Part shown: piece by piece, positions 1-10,389 of the stretch
How the letters are laid out: the number at the start of each line of letters is the position of its first letter
Position numbering within the stretch: the stretch's first letter is position 1
NCBI GenBank assembly: GCA_016708785.1
Contig: JADJFC010000006.1
Location: 185,411 to 249,410, forward strand
Source of the DNA: Bacteroidota bacterium
GTDB lineage: Bacteria; Bacteroidota; Bacteroidia; AKYH767-A; 2013-40CM-41-45
DNA: 64,000 bases
Reading direction: 5' to 3'
Position numbers and translations under genes: made by a program
Notes under the pieces: generated by a model
Database searches by the model: none
Told to the model about the DNA's origin: nothing
What the model saw: the letters and a program-made list of their open reading frames with translations, nothing else

Positions 1-2850
1 TATACTGCTGAGGCCAGACTTACCTTCCGGCGATCAATAACAATTTTATTTCCTTCAATCTTTTCGCTGATAATTATTTTTCCGGTAACATCGGTAAGAG
101 TGAATTCTTTCCAACCCATTCCCGTGGCGATTTCAATTGTAAACGAACCTGAATTCGGATTCGGATAGATACTGATACCTTGATTTGAATTCAAAGCGTC
201 AACAGAAGCAATAACATTCGGCAATGTAAATTCACTTGCACAATCATTAGGATCCAATGCTGTTACAGAATAGGTTCCATTCTGTGTAGGAACAAGCCAA
301 GGTTGCACACCACTGGTAACCGGCACTCCATTATAATACCATTGATACATAATGAATCCTGTCGTTGCAAAGATGGTATCACCAATCTGAACCAATGTAA
401 CAGGTACAGGTACAAATACGTTTATCAGTGAAGCTTGTGTTAATGACGCAGAGCCACCGGAATTTGATGCGGTCAAAGTGATGTTGTATGTGCCGGGGGC
501 ACTATAGCAAATACCGGTTGGATTTGCAGCTGTGCTTGTTGATGGAGTACCTCCCGGGAAATTCCACAAGTAGGAAGTCGCATTTGTAGAATAATTGGTG
601 AAATTTATGCATGCACCAGGACATAGATTTGTTTGCGAGCATATGAAATCAGGAACAGGAGGAGCGCTAGGGACGCACAGATCTGTGTAAGACATTTTAA
701 AACAGATCATATCATAGCCACCGGACGATGTTGAACAATACGTGGGATTGGTAATAGGAAATGCAGATTGAGTACATAAGGCATAATATAAATTTCCGGC
801 ATCATCGAAACGATCATAACCTCCATGGCTATGTTCATAGGTCGGAGAACCAATATAACTTCCATAAAGAAGTGTATCCATATCACGGGTAAATATATTG
901 ACATAGATATCCTGGTAATCAGCCGAAGTTGCCTGGAATGCATTTGGAGTAGTTGGCATATAAGCTCCACCAGAAGTACTAGTTGTAAATCCTGCGCAAA
1001 GAATATGATCGCAATCATCAATCTTGAAAGCACTAGGAATTAGGCATAACGCACCTAAACCATTACCGTAAGCAGTACATAACATAAGAGTGGCGAGAGC
1101 AGGATCAAATTTTGCAAGAAAAGTTCCTGTGTTCTGATTCGTATAAACACTCGGCGATACAGGTACTGTACCCAAACTTCCCCCAAAAACAAAAATATTG
1201 CCTGTAGAATTTACAGCTACTCTAAAACCTTTTTCACCTGAGGTTGTAGGTCCGAAATAAGTTGAATAAGTTAATCCGGATCCACCTGAATTCAGAACAC
1301 TTATAAATCCGTCAATATCTCCAACTCCAACTTTACTACCTTGATAAACACCGGCAGTCACAGGGAAGTTATTACTTAATGTAGCTCCGGTTACTACAAT
1401 ATCTCCGGCTGCATTTTCACAAATTGCTGTTATGATGTCATCACTTATACCTCCAAGGAATGTTGAGAATAACATTGAACTCAGTGAGCTATTCAACTTA
1501 AAAATACATCCATCTGCTCCACCGCCATTCGTTGGTTGGTAGCCTCCAACAGAAGGAAAGTCAGTAGTTGACATTGTATAACATCCAACAACAGGATTAC
1601 CTGACGGATCGATAAACAAATCACCGGCAGTTTCATAAAATCCTGACATGCTTGTAGAACTATTATTTGCTCCGTCATCGTTTGATCCACCAACAAATGT
1701 TGAACCTAATAATTGTGTTCCATCATACGATAATTTAGAAACAAACATATCGTTCATGCCATTATACGTTGAATCGTAAGCCGAAGAACCAACAGGGAAA
1801 TCTGAACTGCTTGTGGTACCGAATACAAATAATTCATCGGTAGAATTACACAACATTCCCAATGGAACATCAGTACTGAATCCGCCTAAATATGTGGCCC
1901 AAACTGTACCTGCATTTACAGGGTCAAACTTATGGATACCAACATCAGTAGACCCTGCATAGGAAATATCATATGCACCAAAACTTGTTGGCCACCCTTG
2001 TCCATTCACAACTGCAGAACCAAAGGTCTTTCCACTTGAATCAAAGGATCCATTGCAACCAAATGCAGAGGCTGTTGAACAACTGAAAGTAGAGAATACG
2101 AGAGCGGGATCGATTACGAATTCACGACCTGCAATATTAACTCCATTAATATCAAATGTAATGTCATGACCATTTATTTTATAATTACATTCTACTTTTT
2201 TCTGTTTTGACCCATCGACAATATAAGCAGCCGGGATTTTTTCAGCGATATTACCAACTGATGTTTGATAGACAAGACTTCCTCCTTTAATAAAAATATT
2301 CTCGACACCTTCTTCATGCATAATAATATCAGAGATTCTTGCTCCCGGATGCAGGATGAGATCATACTTAAAACTTTCTCCGACTGAATAAACTTTCAGA
2401 TCAATATTCGGATAAAGGTTTTCATAGAGAACTTCTGAATATGCATTTACATGTGAGGCCCATTTCGACGGGTCGTTGCCAATATAATAATTTGAATAAC
2501 CGGGAACTGTAGCGCCAGGTTTAATTGACACAGTTGATGAATTTTTAAACGTCACTTTGTACGTGTGACATTTGAGTCTCACATCTTTACTTGCAAGACT
2601 TGCATCATGACCTTTTTTGAGATCTTCCGAATCAAAAAAAGTAAACATGAATCCATCGTTCGTCAGAAATACATTTCCTCCGGGTAAGTCTGAACGGTAC
2701 TTTGCTTGTTCATTCCACTGACCTTTGTTTTCGGCAAATTGAACCGCAGCGTTAGCTGAAAAAACTCCTGTCAGAAATAAAACAGACAAAATATACAGTC
2801 TTAATAAAAAATGGTTTTGAAACTTTTTTGGTGTGAAAAGTGGCTTCATT
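1..2850 (-). CDS. T9SS-secreted large surface protein (signal peptide, SBBP/beta-propeller-like repeats, PKD domain, C-terminal T9SS sorting domain); C-terminal few residues run off window start
   Basis: Minus-strand translation from ATG at 2850: MKPLFTPKKFQNHFLLRLYILSVLFLTGVFSANA... The frame stays open to position 1. The last residues in the window, ISIYPNPNSGSFTIEIATGMGWKEFTLTDVTGKII, are a typical T9SS CTD. It is absent from the ORF track because no stop lies inside the window. Confidence 0.7.
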
Positions 2851-2978
2851 TTAGTGTGTTTGGTTAGAGCAAATGAATGTAGGGAATATTTCGGCATAGC
2901 AAAATGATGTTTTTGGTCAAATGGCTGTAATGTGGGGTGGATTGTTCTTCATTCGCAGGATATCTCAATTTGTTTTAG

Positions 2979-3046
2979 ATCAAGGGTCAAAGGTCAAGGG
3001 TCAAAGGTTAGTAACTGCTACTGACCTTTGACCCTTGACCTTTGAC
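2979..3046. repeat. Family A palindromic intergenic element built from GTCAAAGG/GTCAAGG words (REP-like)
   Basis: Left arm TCAAGGGTCAAAGGTCAAGGGTCAAAGGT, 14-nt loop, then its near-exact reverse complement GACCTTTGACCCTTGACCTTTGA. Homologous copies at 11618-11683 and 13748-13803. Confidence 0.85.
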
Positions 3047-3052
3047 TTGTTT

Positions 3053-4237
3053 TCAACTCGACCTCCCATTAAACGGATTAAACCGCCTCCGTTCGTACTC
3101 GGTTCCGACGGCGCGCTGGATGGATGTTTCGCCATAGCGTTTTCGCATTCTGTCCATGGCCTGGTACAGCTTTACCATTTCTTCACTGTCTTCAAAAAGA
3201 TTGATCTGTTGTCCGCCGCCGACAAGGTGACTAAAACGTACACCAATCAGACGAATGAGCATTCGCCGTTGAAAAAGTTTATCGAATAATTCTTTCGCGC
3301 GATCGATGAGGGTCTGATCATTCGAAGTATAGGGGATGCGCGATTGTGTTGTGTGCGTATCAAAATTGGAATATCGGATCTTTATCGTGACGCATGCTGT
3401 TAACTTATCCTCCGAACGCAATTGAAAAGCCAGTTTTTCCGTCATGGCAACGATGAGCGATTTCAGGTGATTGACGTCTATGGTATCCTGATCGAATGTC
3501 TCCTCGGTAGAAAGTGACTTGCGTTCATTGTATGGCTCTACCGGTGAATTGTCAATGCCGTTCGCTTTCCGCCAGATGGCAATACCATTTTCGCCCAGTA
3601 CATTTTCCATTAATTCCACAGGCATCTTCTGCACGGTCTCAATTTTTTCTACGCCCATGGTCCGCAGTAAATTCGCCGTCTTCTCTCCTACCATTGGAAT
3701 CTTCCGAATGGGCAATGGTGCCAGAAATGTTTTTTCATTCCCGAAATCAATTTTCTGCTGACCGTTGGGTTTGGCCTCGCCGGTAGCTACTTTCGAAACT
3801 GTTTTATTTTCCGACATGCCGAAAGAGATGGGCAGGCCCGTCTCTTTGGTAATTCTGTGACGCAATTCCGTTGCCCATTTATAACAACCGAAAAAACGGT
3901 CCATTCCACTCAGGTCGATATAAAATTCATCGATCGACGATTTTTCGTAGATGGGAACATTCTCCTTAATAATATCCGTGACTGTTTCCGACAACTGACT
4001 GTACCGCTCATAATCGCCGCGAACGATTATGGCATCGGGACAAAGTCGGCGGGCCAGTTTCATGGGCATGGCCGAATGAACACCATATGCGCGGGCTTCG
4101 TAACTGCATGATGCCACTACGCCGCGATCGCTCGTTCCGCCGATCAGAACGGGTTTTCCCTTCAGTTTCGGGTAATCTAAACACGAAACGGAAACGAAAA
4201 ACGAATCCAGATCCATATGTACTATTGAACGATGCAT
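3053..4237 (-). CDS. dinB: DNA polymerase IV (Y-family translesion polymerase)
   Basis: 394-aa ORF. N-terminus VHMDLDSFFVSVSCL matches the conserved Y-family start (HxDxDxFFAxVE). Pol IV palm/finger motifs and a little-finger C-terminus are present. TTG/ATG start region at 4237. Confidence 0.88.
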   Translation of the reverse strand: MHRSIVHMDLDSFFVSVSCLDYPKLKGKPVLIGGTSDRGVVASCSYEARAYGVHSAMPMKLARRLCPDAIIVRGDYERYSQLSETVTDIIKENVPIYEKSSIDEFYIDLSGMDRFFGCYKWATELRHRITKETGLPISFGMSENKTVSKVATGEAKPNGQQKIDFGNEKTFLAPLPIRKIPMVGEKTANLLRTMGVEKIETVQKMPVELMENVLGENGIAIWRKANGIDNSPVEPYNERKSLSTEETFDQDTIDVNHLKSLIVAMTEKLAFQLRSEDKLTACVTIKIRYSNFDTHTTQSRIPYTSNDQTLIDRAKELFDKLFQRRMLIRLIGVRFSHLVGGGQQINLFEDSEEMVKLYQAMDRMRKRYGETSIQRAVGTEYERRRFNPFNGRSS

Positions 4238-4562
4238 GGCGAGAGGGGAAATTGGTAGCTCCGGTGTGGCTCAAGGAATTCGACAACCAAAACCACACCG
4301 GCTAAAGCATTTCTGCAAAGCAACCAAGTCATTAAACAAACCTTCAATAGATTGTACAACAATCATATTGATTGATTCCAATATAATCTATATATTTGCG
4401 CTGTGCAAGAAAAAATAATCAACAAGTTGGTAAATGGTAGCGGCTGAGGGAATTAAAAAGTGAGTGGTAAGTGGTGAGTAGCACTACAGAAGTAATTCAT
4501 CGAAACAATTCGAAATCCGAATTCGCAATTATTAATTATTCATTCTTAATTAAAAAAGAAAA

Positions 4563-5366
4563 ATGGTTTTTAACAACAACATCAAAATTCTACGTCAGCG
4601 TAAAAATCGTACGCAGGACATTATCGCAGGCGAATTGAACGTGAGTCGTTCGACGGTGAACAGCTATGAGAATGGCAGTATTAAAAATCCGACACTGGAT
4701 GCGCTAATGATGTTTTCGAAATACTATAAAGTATCGATTGACACATTGGTAAAAATCGACCTGTCGAAGCTTTCCGAATTTCAGCTTTCGGAGTTGGAGA
4801 GGGGAAATGATGTATATGTAACCGGTTCGCGTTTGCGTGTAATTGCAACAACTGTTGATAGCCAGAACAGAGAGAACATTGAAGTTGTTCCACTCAAAGC
4901 GAAGGCCGGCTACAAAAATGGTTTTGCTGATCCGGAGTTCATAAAAAAACTTCCGACGTTTCAGTTGCCGATCTTATTCAATGACAGAAAATATAGAATG
5001 TTTCAGATTAGTGGCGACTCTATGTTACCAATTCCGGATAAGTCGTATGTGATCGCTGAATACCTTGAAAACTGGTACGACATAAAAGATGGCGAAGCCT
5101 ATGTGTTACTTACTCAGGAAGAAGGAATTGTTTTCAAGATGGTTGAAAATAATCTGAAGAAGAAACGGTCACTTACACTGAAATCGCTGAATACAATTTA
5201 CAATCCATATGACTTAAACGTAAGCGACATCAAAGAAGTATGGAAATTCTGCAATTACATGAGCACAGAAATTCCGGAAAGTAATTTTGCGAAAGATGAA
5301 TTGATTGACAAGTTGTCGAAGTTGGAGACGGAGGTGCAGTCCATTCGGAATATTATTTCTAATTGA
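4563..5366 (+). CDS. XRE-family HTH + S24 peptidase (LexA/CI-like self-cleaving repressor)
   Basis: N-terminal HTH (ILRQRKNRTQDIIAGELNVSRSTVNSYENG). C-terminal S24 catalytic Ser motif QISGDSMLP with a downstream Lys (VFKMV). Divergent from dinB. Confidence 0.8.
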   Translation: MVFNNNIKILRQRKNRTQDIIAGELNVSRSTVNSYENGSIKNPTLDALMMFSKYYKVSIDTLVKIDLSKLSEFQLSELERGNDVYVTGSRLRVIATTVDSQNRENIEVVPLKAKAGYKNGFADPEFIKKLPTFQLPILFNDRKYRMFQISGDSMLPIPDKSYVIAEYLENWYDIKDGEAYVLLTQEEGIVFKMVENNLKKKRSLTLKSLNTIYNPYDLNVSDIKEVWKFCNYMSTEIPESNFAKDELIDKLSKLETEVQSIRNIISN

Positions 5367-5409
5367 TTGGTGAGTAGTAAGTGGTGAGTGGTAAGTAGCA
5401 ATACTTACA
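5367..5409. repeat. Family C repeat (GGTGAGT/GGTAAGT words)
   Basis: TTGGTGAGTAGTAAGTGGTGAGTGGTAAGTAGCAATACTTACA. Homologous copies at 4460-4487, 5511-5552 (inverted), 22424-22478 (inverted) and 37095-37130. Confidence 0.8.
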
Positions 5410-5429
5410 TATTTGCAATAAGAGTCAAG

Positions 5430-5490
5430 AAATAAATGGATAAAAAAGAGGTTGTTGAATCAATCGTCTCTTTTTTATCCATTTATTTTT
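5430..5490. terminator. Bidirectional rho-independent terminator between convergent S24-repressor and PPK2 genes
   Basis: Perfect 21-bp stem AAATAAATGGATAAAAAAGAG / CTCTTTTTTATCCATTTATTT with an 17-nt loop, A-run before and T-run after. Flanked by an inverted pair of family-C repeats. Confidence 0.7.
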
Positions 5491-5510
5491 TTGTAAGCAA
5501 TTTCGTTCTG

Positions 5511-5552
5511 GCAAGTATTGCTAATTACCACTCACCAATTACTACTTACCAG
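5511..5552. repeat. Family C repeat, inverted orientation
   Basis: GGCAAGTATTGCTAATTACCACTCACCAATTACTACTTACCAG is the reverse complement of the 5367-5409 copy at about 85 percent identity. It overlaps the last codons and stop of the PPK2 gene. Confidence 0.75.
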
Positions 5553-6426
5553 ATTCCTTTAGCAGGCTCTTTTTTGCCACCGCCATACTATCTGCATCGG
5601 CTGTACTAACGGCAGGAAATTTCGGATTTATTTCTTTTAATTTATCAAGAATGATTTTTCCAATAAGTTGATGGGTATAATCTTTATCGTCAGCAGGAAT
5701 GATATACCATGGAGATTTTTTAGTGCTGGTATTTTTGAGGGCTTGTTCATATGCTGATTGATAATCATCCCAGAAACCTCTTTCAGTCAGATCAGAGGGA
5801 GAAAACTTCCAGTGCTTTTCTTTATTGTCAATCCGTTCGATAAATCGTTTCGCTTGTTCTTTCTTTGATAAGTGAAGGAAGAACTTTAAAACATGTGTTC
5901 CATTCTGAATAATATTCTTTTCGAAATTAACGATTTGCTTGTATCGATTCTTCCAGAATTTTTCATCAATATTTGCCTTCGTAAAAACACCGGGTAAGCG
6001 TTCAGCTAAAACAATTTCAGGATGGACTTTCGCAATAAGCACATTTTCATAATGCGAACGATTGAAAATAGTGATATGTCCATGCTCGGGTAATTTCTGG
6101 ATATGACGCCACAAATAATCATGCTCCAATTCTTGTGTCGAGGGATGCTTGAAACTATGCACTATCACTCCTTGCGGATTCACACCATTCATGATGTGCT
6201 TGATCGTACTGTCTTTTCCGGATGCATCCATTCCTTGTAAAATGATCAGCAATGATTGGCGATCTTCTGCGTAGAGCTTGTATTGGTAATCTGAAATCTC
6301 ATCAATATCTTTTTGCAGGCTAGCTTTGAATGCTTCCTTATCGATTTTTTTTGATCCGGAACCGGTTGGAAACTTTGAGAGTTTGACTTTGGCGTTGGGT
6401 TTGATTTTGAAGTTGGCGATGTTCAT
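5542..6426 (-). CDS. ppk2: Polyphosphate kinase 2 family (polyphosphate:nucleotide phosphotransferase)
   Basis: 294 aa. PPK2 Walker A-like motif ILQGMDASGKDSTIKH and a lid region. The size is typical of single-domain PPK2. Confidence 0.8.
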   Translation of the reverse strand: MNIANFKIKPNAKVKLSKFPTGSGSKKIDKEAFKASLQKDIDEISDYQYKLYAEDRQSLLIILQGMDASGKDSTIKHIMNGVNPQGVIVHSFKHPSTQELEHDYLWRHIQKLPEHGHITIFNRSHYENVLIAKVHPEIVLAERLPGVFTKANIDEKFWKNRYKQIVNFEKNIIQNGTHVLKFFLHLSKKEQAKRFIERIDNKEKHWKFSPSDLTERGFWDDYQSAYEQALKNTSTKKSPWYIIPADDKDYTHQLIGKIILDKLKEINPKFPAVSTADADSMAVAKKSLLKESGK

Positions 6427-6708
6427 TGTTCTATGATTTATATTTCTCTTTATAAAATATTAAAGACTAAATTTTATAGAGGAAAGGTAATAATTTTAAT
6501 GTCAGATTAAATAAAAAATAACGTGAACACTTAGAACAAAACCCTACTAACAATCCCATTTGCATTGAAACCTAAAAGATTCCTCCTGGATGACCGATCG
6601 CCATCTTTTATATGTCGGAGGGATCTTTTAGGTCAACAAGTCAGACTTTCTATTTAATGCACTTACAATATCTTCATCTTTTCACGAATGAAAATGAAAA
6701 CATGTCTT

Positions 6709-7959
6709 TTACAAATTTAATTTGTTTCCAAAATCTACTTGGTAAAACTTTTCCATTTTGAATGAATCATCAAAATATTCATCTGAAGTAAATTTAAAAT
6801 AGAATACATTATCAATTCTATATGCTTCTACAATTCGCCATGATCCAAATTGAAATGAAACAGTCGGATCCTTAAGACTGTAAAGTTCAAAACCTCCTGA
6901 ACCATAATACTGATATACTCCTACTACATATGAATTGTCGACAAACATTGGCTCTCCCTCAATCGAAATAAGTCTTCTTTTTTCCGGATTATACAATTCA
7001 TAACCCTCCCACTCATATTCAAATCTTTTAATCACAATATATCCACATCGAAAGTCTGCTAAACGATACGTACCAGCGTAAGGAAAATTGGGATTATAGG
7101 TGTTGCGACAAACTTCAAATTGTTTCGGCTTACTATTTAATTTCAAGCAATTTTTCTTATAAATAAAATCGTTAGTATAAATCATTTTCAACGAATCTAT
7201 AACTTTTTTTGTCTTCAGCTCATTTGATTTATCTTCATCTTCAATAACTTTATATAAACTATCTCTATCACCACTTGTTTCATATCGATGATTTACCAAT
7301 GTTGTGTTTCTATGTGCAATCTTATTAAATTCTTCTTCGCCAATTTTTTTTAATGTTGGCTTCAAAGTATTACTTTCCAAATTCCAAAACTTGAACTCTT
7401 TGTTCTTTCTTACCAAACATGTTTCGACAACTGACCTTTTACTATATGTTCCGGCATAATAATCATCGTCTGAATTCAAATCAAAATTTACATAATTCAT
7501 GCCTTGAAGATCTGTCAGAATAAAAGTAGTAGTACTCAGGAAATCCATCGCAAGAATATCATCAATTTTCGATATAAGGAATTCACTATCCGGGATTTTT
7601 ACAAAAATAGTGTCATTCGAAGTTCCGATTAACTTCATTTTTATTTTCCCGCAAAATTTGTTCGTATTAATAAAATCTATTGTCTTTGACAGACTCAATG
7701 AATCCGGATTCAAACATCTCGTATGAAAAGGAAGAAACCTTTCAGCACTAAATCCCCATGAAAACATGGTATCTCTAGTGAACCGATTAGCTTTTAATTC
7801 ATTTATCAATGCAAGGTCTGAAATAGAATCTACATTGATTACAATCAATTCTTCTTTTGGAGCCTCATTTTTACTAAATGGAACATTGCAAGAAATGTTC
7901 GAAATTCCAAAAACACTCAAAATAAATACAGCAATACACTTCTCAATAATTAATCTCAT
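6709..7959 (-). CDS. Hypothetical secreted/lipoprotein, AT-rich, no recognisable domain
   Basis: 416-aa ORF with an N-terminal signal-like segment FILSVFGISNISC. 5-bp gap to the downstream OM beta-barrel gene. Confidence 0.55.
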   Translation of the reverse strand: MRLIIEKCIAVFILSVFGISNISCNVPFSKNEAPKEELIVINVDSISDLALINELKANRFTRDTMFSWGFSAERFLPFHTRCLNPDSLSLSKTIDFINTNKFCGKIKMKLIGTSNDTIFVKIPDSEFLISKIDDILAMDFLSTTTFILTDLQGMNYVNFDLNSDDDYYAGTYSKRSVVETCLVRKNKEFKFWNLESNTLKPTLKKIGEEEFNKIAHRNTTLVNHRYETSGDRDSLYKVIEDEDKSNELKTKKVIDSLKMIYTNDFIYKKNCLKLNSKPKQFEVCRNTYNPNFPYAGTYRLADFRCGYIVIKRFEYEWEGYELYNPEKRRLISIEGEPMFVDNSYVVGVYQYYGSGGFELYSLKDPTVSFQFGSWRIVEAYRIDNVFYFKFTSDEYFDDSFKMEKFYQVDFGNKLNL

Positions 7960-7964
7960 ATAAA

Positions 7965-8552
7965 TTAAAATTTATATGTCAATCCTGTTTGCAATAACGA
8001 TTTTGCAGCTCCGAATTCAACATACATTCCGAAATTATCTGTAAAATAAATTCTTGTACCAATTGAAGCTTCGAAACCCATTGGCGAGTCAATAATTGTA
8101 TAACTATTTAAATATCCTCTTCCGGTTTCATAAGTCATTTTAGCATACCTATAACCTAATCCAACTCCAACATAAGGCTCAAAACCCTCTGAGGAAGGAA
8201 AATACATATTAAATCTCGCGAGAACGCTAAATGTTGAATACGTATCCGATTTACTATAATAATCCGGGTAAGGATCATAGTAAGAATAGCCCATTTCATA
8301 ATCTGCATAGCTAAAATTTACACCGAAGCCAATTTTACCGGAGATTGCCTTTTCATATTTAAGATAAACCGGGCCGGTTATTGCCCTTGTATAATTTGGT
8401 TCAAGCTCACCTATAATTATTACACTTCCGCCCCAGGTTCCCAAACCATAGCCGATGGAAAAACTATTTAATCCGGCACTTTTTGTTTGAGCAAATGAAG
8501 CTTTAAACCAAAGTAATACAACTATGAGAAGAAAATAAAGTTTTAACTTCAT
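7965..8552 (-). CDS. Small outer-membrane beta-barrel protein (OmpW/porin-like fold)
   Basis: 195 aa. Signal peptide ending FAQ. Alternating aromatic/Gly beta-strand pattern. C-terminal TYKF aromatic terminus typical of OMPs. Confidence 0.65.
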   Translation of the reverse strand: MKLKLYFLLIVVLLWFKASFAQTKSAGLNSFSIGYGLGTWGGSVIIIGELEPNYTRAITGPVYLKYEKAISGKIGFGVNFSYADYEMGYSYYDPYPDYYSKSDTYSTFSVLARFNMYFPSSEGFEPYVGVGLGYRYAKMTYETGRGYLNSYTIIDSPMGFEASIGTRIYFTDNFGMYVEFGAAKSLLQTGLTYKF

Positions 8553-8565
8553 CTAATGATAGAAA

Positions 8566-10206
8566 TTATTTCACAACACAAAAATGCGCCGTCATGTTCA
8601 TATCGGGCCCATTTAACTTTATAAAATAATAACCGGAAATTAAATCTGAAGTATTCAATACTACATGACCGTCTGATGAATTATTCAAACTGATAATCTT
8701 TACCAAACTTCCCATTGAATTAAAAACAGAGAGACGACCTTCATTATTTTTAGTAGCAGGAAGAATAATATTTAGCTCATCAGTTGCCGGATTCGGATAT
8801 ACTGAAAGCAATCCTTGCTGAATATTAGTAATATTGGTCAATGTTCCGTTCGGGCGGATTCGGCTTGCACAAATATTTTCCATGTTCTCTCTCCATATTG
8901 CTGTTACAGTGCCATCCAATGAAGGAACAAGAACATAGTCATCATAAAATGGCAAATTGCTAATGTTAACTGCAATGCCATTTTGTTGCCATAATATAGA
9001 ACTGTCCGGTGCAATTTGTTGCGCACGAAATTTACTTCCAACAGTAAAAGTTGCCACAACATTTGTTCCTACTTTAACAAGTTTCGGGTAAGGGTTATAA
9101 CTTGGCAAATCTGAAAGAAGGATCCCGTCCGGTGTCCATAATGAATTTCCGGCAGTATCCAGTTTTTGCATATACACTTTGTAATTAGCTGCTCCAAGAC
9201 GAGGATCATTCCAGATAACAGAAATGGTGTCGTTGGAAATAATTACCTCAGGGTTTGCTTTATAACCGGAAACTGTACAAATTGGTTTGGCACCGCCTCC
9301 GCCCCAAGGCAAATTACCATCAGGGTTGATCTTTGCAATGTAAACATCGCCCGGACTGTTACTATCCCAAACAACGTAAGCATTTGTATCATTATCACAA
9401 ACTACTTTCCATTGATCTCCTCCTCTACCTCCTGCAACAGTAGATATATCAACAGGAGAGGAAATAGTTGAATTTCCTGCTTCATCAAAATGTCCGACAA
9501 AAATATGCGAACCTAAACCACCTGTGGCAGTGGCTACATAGAAACCATTTTTATGATCAGGAGCAGTACGATAATAATATCCACCGCCAGAGTAACTTTT
9601 TGAATTAAGAGGGTAAACCAAATTTCCTGTATTGTCAATATTATTAAAACTGTAATAAGTATTTCCTCCACTTGGAACGAGACCAAAAGTTATTGTTGCT
9701 CCATTATCATTTGAAAAAATATCCAGGTTATCAGTAGAAACATAAATTATACCCCCTTGTTTATTTCCAACAAGAGTTGCAGACGACCATTGAGGAGTAC
9801 CGGCATTATCAAAATATTGACAAAGTAAAGTATCACCACCAACACCAAAACCTCCTTGAATCCATGCCAATAAAATTCCGGATTGCCATTGGATTGCATC
9901 CATCAACCAGATCTCTTTGCCGGCAGCTTGTGTGAAAAATTTGCCATTTGACGCCCACTGAGGATTTCCTAATGAATCAAGATGTTGCCCATATATAGAT
10001 GAACCTACTAATCCATCGCGTTTATCAAGCCAGAAAGAAAACGTTCCTCCATTTCCATCACTGAAAGCACGTACTGCTCTTTGTGACCCGGTTGCATTAC
10101 ACACAAAATAAGTTTGAGTGGAATCATCCAAAAATTGGGCGTTCACATTGTATGTTACCAATGTCAAAATGAAGATTAAAACTGTCGAAAGTAGATTTTT
10201 TTTCAT
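8566..10206 (-). CDS. T9SS-secreted protein with beta-propeller-like repeats and type-A C-terminal sorting domain
   Basis: 546 aa. Signal peptide ending NAQ. Repeated W/G-rich blades. C-terminus VYPNPATDELNIIL...GYYFIKL matches the T9SS CTD. Confidence 0.75.
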   Translation of the reverse strand: MKKNLLSTVLIFILTLVTYNVNAQFLDDSTQTYFVCNATGSQRAVRAFSDGNGGTFSFWLDKRDGLVGSSIYGQHLDSLGNPQWASNGKFFTQAAGKEIWLMDAIQWQSGILLAWIQGGFGVGGDTLLCQYFDNAGTPQWSSATLVGNKQGGIIYVSTDNLDIFSNDNGATITFGLVPSGGNTYYSFNNIDNTGNLVYPLNSKSYSGGGYYYRTAPDHKNGFYVATATGGLGSHIFVGHFDEAGNSTISSPVDISTVAGGRGGDQWKVVCDNDTNAYVVWDSNSPGDVYIAKINPDGNLPWGGGGAKPICTVSGYKANPEVIISNDTISVIWNDPRLGAANYKVYMQKLDTAGNSLWTPDGILLSDLPSYNPYPKLVKVGTNVVATFTVGSKFRAQQIAPDSSILWQQNGIAVNISNLPFYDDYVLVPSLDGTVTAIWRENMENICASRIRPNGTLTNITNIQQGLLSVYPNPATDELNIILPATKNNEGRLSVFNSMGSLVKIISLNNSSDGHVVLNTSDLISGYYFIKLNGPDMNMTAHFCVVK

Positions 10207-10389
10207 AGTATTGTGAATAGTGGTGTGGTGAGAATATCAATTATGTTGAATTTAGAATTAAAAACGACAACCAAACATGTGATTTTATTCAATTGACAGA
10301 CAGACTAAAGGTATAGAATAATAAATGAACTCAAATATTAATTTTAAGGTAATTAGCACCATCGATATTAGTTATTCACTATTCGTTAA

